From an uncultured Acidobacteriota bacterium (lineage in GTDB: Bacteria > Acidobacteriota > UBA6911), in NCBI GenBank assembly GCA_963843575.1, contig CAWJKZ010000014.1, forward strand, positions 832,001 through 896,000: DNA of 64,000 bases, given 5' to 3'. The stretch's first letter is position 1, and each line of letters begins with the position of its first letter. The translations under genes were made by a program, and so were the position numbers. Positions 58,889 to 64,000 of the stretch are shown here, piece by piece. Below the pieces are notes generated by a model, which worked only from the letters and a program-made list of their open reading frames with translations, ran no database searches and was not told the DNA's origin.

Positions 58889-60133
58889 TTGAGAAAAGAC
58901 GACGAGCGCGATGATATTTTGAGGTGTTCGTTCTGCTCGAAAAGCCAGAACGACGTCAAAAAGCTCATCGCAGGGCCGACCGTATACATCTGCGACGAGT
59001 GCGTGGACGTCTGCAACGAGATCATCGCCGACGACGTGGTGACCTCGCCCATCGGCGAGAAGCTCCCCAAGCCCCAGGAAATAAAGGAGTTCTTGGATCT
59101 CTATGTCATCGGCCAGGAAACGACCAAGAAGAAGCTGGCGGTGGCGGTCTACAACCATTACAAGCGCCTCGAGATCAGCAAGAAGCGCGGCGACCTCGAA
59201 CTGCAGAAGAGCAACGTCCTGCTCATCGGGCCTACCGGAACGGGCAAGACCCTCCTCGCCCAGACCCTGGCCAAGATGTTGTCCGTACCCTTCGCCATCG
59301 TGGACGCCACGACCTTGACCGAGGCCGGCTACGTCGGCGAGGATGTCGAAAACATCATCCTCAAGCTCCTGCAGAACGCCGGTGGCGACAAGGAAAAATG
59401 CCAGCAGGGGATCGTCTACATCGACGAGATCGACAAGATCGCACGCAAGGATGAGAACCCCTCGATCACGCGCGACGTTTCCGGGGAAGGGGTGCAGCAG
59501 GCGCTCCTGAAGATCCTCGAGGGAACCGTAGCCAACGTCCCGCCTCAGGGGGGCCGCAAGCACCCACACCAGGAGTTTATCCAGATCGACACCACGAACA
59601 TCCTGTTCGTGTGCGGCGGGGCGTTCGTCGGCCTCGATAAGATCATCGAGCGCCGTGTAGGCAAGAAGAGCCTCGGATTTCTGTCCGGCGACAAGGACTC
59701 CAAGAAGAAGTCCAAGACCTCGGTCCCGGCCAACATCCTCGAGGTGACACAACCGCGCGACCTCATCAAGTTCGGCCTGATCCCGGAATTCGTGGGCCGC
59801 CTTCCGGTGATCGGCTCCCTCTCTGAGCTGGACCACGCCGCGCTGGTCGACATCCTCACCAAACCCAAGAATGCCCTGGTGCGCCAGTACCAGAAACTTT
59901 TCGAGTTCGAGAACGTCAAACTCAAATTCACCGACGACGCGATCGGGGGCGTAGCGAGCCTGGCTCTGGAACGCAAAATGGGGGCCCGGGGGTTGAAAAT
60001 CATCCTCGAAGATCTTATGTTGGATGTCATGTACCAACTCCCCTCCCAAAAGAAGGTGAAGGAGTTTGTCATTACGCGAGAGATGGTCGAGAACAAAGAG
60101 ATCGTCTTCGCATTACTGGAAAAGGCTGGTTAA
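58889..60133 (+). CDS. clpX: ATP-dependent Clp protease ATP-binding subunit
   Basis: CSFC...ICDECV zinc finger, [27 protein letters not shown] loop. Confidence 0.97.
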   Translation: MRKDDERDDILRCSFCSKSQNDVKKLIAGPTVYICDECVDVCNEIIADDVVTSPIGEKLPKPQEIKEFLDLYVIGQETTKKKLAVAVYNHYKRLEISKKRGDLELQKSNVLLIGPTGTGKTLLAQTLAKMLSVPFAIVDATTLTEAGYVGEDVENIILKLLQNAGGDKEKCQQGIVYIDEIDKIARKDENPSITRDVSGEGVQQALLKILEGTVANVPPQGGRKHPHQEFIQIDTTNILFVCGGAFVGLDKIIERRVGKKSLGFLSGDKDSKKKSKTSVPANILEVTQPRDLIKFGLIPEFVGRLPVIGSLSELDHAALVDILTKPKNALVRQYQKLFEFENVKLKFTDDAIGGVASLALERKMGARGLKIILEDLMLDVMYQLPSQKKVKEFVITREMVENKEIVFALLEKAG

Positions 60134-60141
60134 TCTACCGA

Positions 60142-62538
60142 ATGCCAAACGAAGAATCCCCTCGAAAAGTCGAACGGCTGCCGATGATCCCCATACGGGA
60201 CGTGGTGGTATTCCCCCACATGATGATCCCGTTCGTAATCGGCAGGCCCTCTTCCGTGCGGGCGCTGGAGTTTGCCCTTGAAGGGTCGAAGCGGGTGTTT
60301 CTCGCGACCCAGATGGATGCGTCCGTCGATGAGCCGAAGGCCAAGGACATATACACGGTCGGGACCGTAGCCAACATCGTCCAGAGCGTCAAACTGACCG
60401 ACGGAAATATCAAGGTCCTGGTCGAGGGGATTCAGCGGGTACGTGCGCTGCGTTTCGCCAACGAACCCGGCTTCTTTGTGGCCGACGTGGAACTGCTGGA
60501 GGAAAGCTCCGTCGCGAGCGCGCGCACCAACCTGCTCGTCAAACGCCTGCAGTCGGTCTTCGAGCAGTTCTCGAAGCTGAGCCACCACGTCAATTACGAC
60601 GCGATTCTGAACGCGATGAAGACGTTGGAACCGTCGAAGCTCGCCGACAACATCTGCGCCAACCTGCCCGTCAGCATCGAGGAAAAACAGCAGCTGCTCG
60701 AAATGGTCGACCTGGCCGAGCGCATCGAGAAGATCAACGAGATCATCGAGGTCGAGATCGAAAAGATCAAAGTCGACCGCAACATCCAGGGGCGCGTGAA
60801 GCGTCAGATGGAGCGCGCTCAGAAAGAGTACTACCTGAACGAAAAGATGAAGGCGATCCAGAAAGAGCTGGGTCGCAAGGACGAGAAGACCGAACTCGAC
60901 GATTTGAAGAAGCAGGTCGAGGCGGCGAAGATGCCGAAGGACGCCCACGAGAAGGCGATCAAAGAGGTGCAGCGGCTCGAGATGATGCCGCCGATGTCGG
61001 CCGAGTCAACCGTGTCCCGCACCTATCTGGACTGGCTCCTGGTGATGCCATGGAACAAGAAGTCCCGGGAAATCAAGGACATGAAGTGGTCGATGAAGGT
61101 GCTCGAGGAAGACCACTACGGGCTCGAAAAGATCAAGGACCGCATCATCGAATTTCTGGCCGTCCGACGCCTGGTCAAGAAGCCCCAGGGCACCATCCTC
61201 TGCTTTGTCGGCCCTCCCGGGGTCGGGAAGACCTCGCTTGGGAAGTCGATCGCGCGGGCCACGGGCAGGAAATTCGTCCGGCTGTCGCTGGGCGGCGTGC
61301 GCGACGAGGCTGAGATCCGAGGGCACCGGAGGACGTATATCGGGGCGCTCCCCGGCCAGATCGTCCAGATGCTGAAAAAAGCCGGGACGCGCAACCCGGT
61401 CTTCATGCTCGACGAAGTGGACAAGATGAGCATGGATTTCCGGGGCGACCCGTCCGCGGCGCTGCTGGAGGTTCTCGACCCCGAGCAGAACCACATGTTC
61501 GTCGATCACTACCTCGACACCGAGTTCGACCTGTCGATGGTGATGTTCATCGCCACGGCCAATGTGCTCCACACCATCCCCAGACCGCTGCAGGACCGGA
61601 TGGAAGTGATCCAGCTGTCCGGCTACACCGAACTCGAGAAACTCGAGATCGCGAAGCGGTTCCTGGTCAAGAAACAACGGGAGGCCAACGGACTCCGGAA
61701 CAGCCAGATCGACTTCGGCGACGACGCCATCCTCGAGCTGATCCGGAAGTACACCCGTGAGTCGGGTGTCCGCAACCTCGAACGCGAGATCGCGAACATC
61801 TGCCGCAAGACCGCCAAGCAGATCGTCATCTCGCAGGTGCCGCAGGCGGACGTCACCCCGGAGCTGGTCGAGAAGTTCCTCGGCAAGCCGAGATTCCGTC
61901 AGCAGGGGGTCGAATCCAACCAGGTCGGGCTTGCGACCGGTCTTGCGTGGACCGAGGTGGGGGGAGAGGTCCTGCTCACCGAGGCCACCCTGATGGAAGG
62001 CAAGGGTCAGCTCACCATGACCGGGAAACTGGGCGAGGTCATGCAGGAGTCGGCGCGCGCCGCCATGTCCTACGTGCGCAGCCGAGCCGCGGCGTACGGC
62101 ATCGGGCGCGACTTCCACCGCAAGATGGACCTGCACATCCACATCCCGGAAGGCGCAATCCCGAAGGACGGGCCGTCGGCAGGAATCACCATGGCCACGA
62201 CCATCGTGTCGGCGCTCACCAAGATACCGGTGCGCAACGACGTCGCGATGACCGGGGAGATCACGCTGCGCGGGAAGGTGCTCCCGATCGGCGGAGTAAA
62301 GGAAAAACTGCTGGCCGCACACCGCGCCGGCATCAGGAATATCGTGCTCCCGAAGGAGAATGAGAAGGACCTCCAGGACATTCCACCCGAGATCCTGGAG
62401 TCGTTGAGTGTCACCCTGGTCGAAACGATGGACGATGTGCTGCGGGTAGCGCTGGAACGTCTACCCGTGCCGCTGGACCAGGTGTCGGAGATGGCCGACC
62501 TTAAGGGCAACCGCCCCAACGAGAACATCGCGCACTAA
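60142..62538 (+). CDS. lon: Lon protease
   Basis: [41 protein letters not shown]. Confidence 0.97.
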   Translation: MPNEESPRKVERLPMIPIRDVVVFPHMMIPFVIGRPSSVRALEFALEGSKRVFLATQMDASVDEPKAKDIYTVGTVANIVQSVKLTDGNIKVLVEGIQRVRALRFANEPGFFVADVELLEESSVASARTNLLVKRLQSVFEQFSKLSHHVNYDAILNAMKTLEPSKLADNICANLPVSIEEKQQLLEMVDLAERIEKINEIIEVEIEKIKVDRNIQGRVKRQMERAQKEYYLNEKMKAIQKELGRKDEKTELDDLKKQVEAAKMPKDAHEKAIKEVQRLEMMPPMSAESTVSRTYLDWLLVMPWNKKSREIKDMKWSMKVLEEDHYGLEKIKDRIIEFLAVRRLVKKPQGTILCFVGPPGVGKTSLGKSIARATGRKFVRLSLGGVRDEAEIRGHRRTYIGALPGQIVQMLKKAGTRNPVFMLDEVDKMSMDFRGDPSAALLEVLDPEQNHMFVDHYLDTEFDLSMVMFIATANVLHTIPRPLQDRMEVIQLSGYTELEKLEIAKRFLVKKQREANGLRNSQIDFGDDAILELIRKYTRESGVRNLEREIANICRKTAKQIVISQVPQADVTPELVEKFLGKPRFRQQGVESNQVGLATGLAWTEVGGEVLLTEATLMEGKGQLTMTGKLGEVMQESARAAMSYVRSRAAAYGIGRDFHRKMDLHIHIPEGAIPKDGPSAGITMATTIVSALTKIPVRNDVAMTGEITLRGKVLPIGGVKEKLLAAHRAGIRNIVLPKENEKDLQDIPPEILESLSVTLVETMDDVLRVALERLPVPLDQVSEMADLKGNRPNENIAH

Positions 62539-62601
62539 TCCAGCTCCTAACATGAGAAGGCGGGTCCGGCCTGGCTTGAGCGGGCAGCAGCAGCCAACCC
62601 G

Positions 62602-63228
62602 GTGATGGAACCGATGTCCAAGACCGGACACCGCGTTTTGGCCGATTTCGTAATCAGCGCAGTGTCGGAGCGCGACTTCCCGCGCGACGGCAGCCCCGAG
62701 ATCGTATTCGCGGGGAGGTCGAACGTGGGGAAATCGAGCCTGATAAACAGGCTTGCGGATCAAAAGAGCCTGGCCCGAACCAGCTCCACGCCGGGCAAGA
62801 CTCAGACGATTAACTTCTACCGGCTCAACGGTTCTTTTTACTTCGTCGATCTGCCGGGTTTCGGCTACGCGAAGGCCGGAAAGGCCGCCAGCCGGGAATG
62901 GAAGCGTGCAGTCGAGCAGTACTTTCGGAGCCGTGCGGTCATCGCCCTGGTCGTTCATCTCGTGGACGCGCGCCTCGCGCCAACACCCTTGGACCTGGAG
63001 CTGGCCGAGTGGCTGCAACACTTGGATATCCCGCGCATCACGGTGGGAACAAAGGCCGACAAGCTCTCGGGCAACGGCCGCGTCAACCAGATGCGCGTGA
63101 TATCCGCCACCCTTGGAGGGGAACCGGTGATCTTTTCCTCCGCCCTGACAGGGTTGGGTTGTACCGAGATCTGGCACCGGGTGGTCGAAGCCACCCACAG
63201 CAGGAATGTGTCCCCTGAATCCCCTTAA
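62602..63228 (+). CDS. engB: Ribosome biogenesis GTPase YihA/YsxC
   Basis: [27 protein letters not shown]. Confidence 0.93.
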   Translation: MMEPMSKTGHRVLADFVISAVSERDFPRDGSPEIVFAGRSNVGKSSLINRLADQKSLARTSSTPGKTQTINFYRLNGSFYFVDLPGFGYAKAGKAASREWKRAVEQYFRSRAVIALVVHLVDARLAPTPLDLELAEWLQHLDIPRITVGTKADKLSGNGRVNQMRVISATLGGEPVIFSSALTGLGCTEIWHRVVEATHSRNVSPESP

Positions 63229-63260
63229 CCTACCGCAACTCGCCCATCTGGAGAGCAGTT

Positions 63261-64000
63261 ATGCCTGAAACGACGCAACGTCGAAATGCAAACGCAAGTG
63301 CGAATGCCAACGCAAACGCAAAAGAAAACGTCAAAGAGAGCACCAAAGAGAGCACCGGCGGCGGCCGCGAAAACGGCCACCTCAACATACGCGACCTGAA
63401 GGAGATGAACATCTCCGCCCTCACCCAGGTCGCCAAAGACCTGAACGTCCCGGGCTATACCGGGATGCGCAAGCAGGAATTGATTTTTCAGATCCTCAAG
63501 GCCCAGACCGAACAAAGCGGGCTGATCTTCTCCGAGGGTGTGCTGGAATGCCTGCCCGAGGGGTTCGGATTCCTGCGGGCCCCGGACTACAATTACCTCC
63601 CGGGACCGGACGACATCTACGTGTCTCCCTCGCAGATCCGGAAATTCGACCTGCGCACCGGCGACACGGTGTCCGGCCAGATCCGGCCTCCAAAAGACGG
63701 CGAGCGCTACTTCGCCCTGATCAAGGTCGAAGCCGTCAATTTCGAGCACCCGGATGCCGCCAAGGACAAGATCTTTTTCGACAACCTCACGCCCCTCTAC
63801 CCCCACGAGGCGCTCAAGCTCGAGACGCTCTCCGACAACCTGTCGGGGAGGGTGATGGACATGCTCGCCCCCATCGGCAAGGGCCAGCGCGGACTGATCG
63901 TGTCGCCGCCGCGCACCGGCAAGACGATGCTCCTGCAGTCCATCGCCAACTCGATCTCCCGGAATCACCCGGAGGTCTACCTGATCGTCCTGCTCATCGA
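63261..64000 (+). CDS. rho: Transcription termination factor Rho (partial, runs off the window)
   Basis: Translated by hand from ATG 63261: ...[11 protein letters not shown]...[29 protein letters not shown]...FDNLTPLYP...[19 protein letters not shown]. Confidence 0.96.
   Translation, partial: MPETTQRRNANASANANANAKENVKESTKESTGGGRENGHLNIRDLKEMNISALTQVAKDLNVPGYTGMRKQELIFQILKAQTEQSGLIFSEGVLECLPEGFGFLRAPDYNYLPGPDDIYVSPSQIRKFDLRTGDTVSGQIRPPKDGERYFALIKVEAVNFEHPDAAKDKIFFDNLTPLYPHEALKLETLSDNLSGRVMDMLAPIGKGQRGLIVSPPRTGKTMLLQSIANSISRNHPEVYLIVLLI

Overview
High-GC (roughly two-thirds G+C) bacterial chromosomal window. Gene content and style suggest Acidobacteriota, which is an inference. It holds about 55 recognisable CDS and one tRNA-Leu(TAG). 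Main blocks: class I fumarase; pcm; sugar isomerases; an amidase-nadE-pncB NAD-salvage operon; family-5 UDG; a two-operon glycolipid/aminosugar-modification locus (pdxB-like, hpnI, hpnK, small EamA/ArnE-like flippase, DegT aminotransferase and SDR epimerase, converging on ROK kinase, SIS protein, MFS and an ArnT-like transferase); pepF-metH; dsbD; an FTR1 iron permease with a Fur-like box; murB; lemA-TPM-TPM; GH18 plus a truncated pyruvate-kinase-like gene; cytochrome c peroxidase; a desaturase; queD; and the tRNA-tig-clpP-clpX-lon-engB-rho core cluster. Intergenic spaces carry several families of non-autonomous palindromic elements (MITE/REP-like), including a nested composite upstream of the tRNA. 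Nine genes between about 36 and 48.7 kb, including essential murB, are frameshifted, most likely through long-read consensus errors. No CRISPR array, transposase or prophage was seen. The best candidate for an undescribed system is the 17-28 kb locus, which mirrors the arnBCADTEF architecture using hopanoid-type HpnI/HpnK enzymes. All family assignments come from motif recognition by eye; no searches were run.
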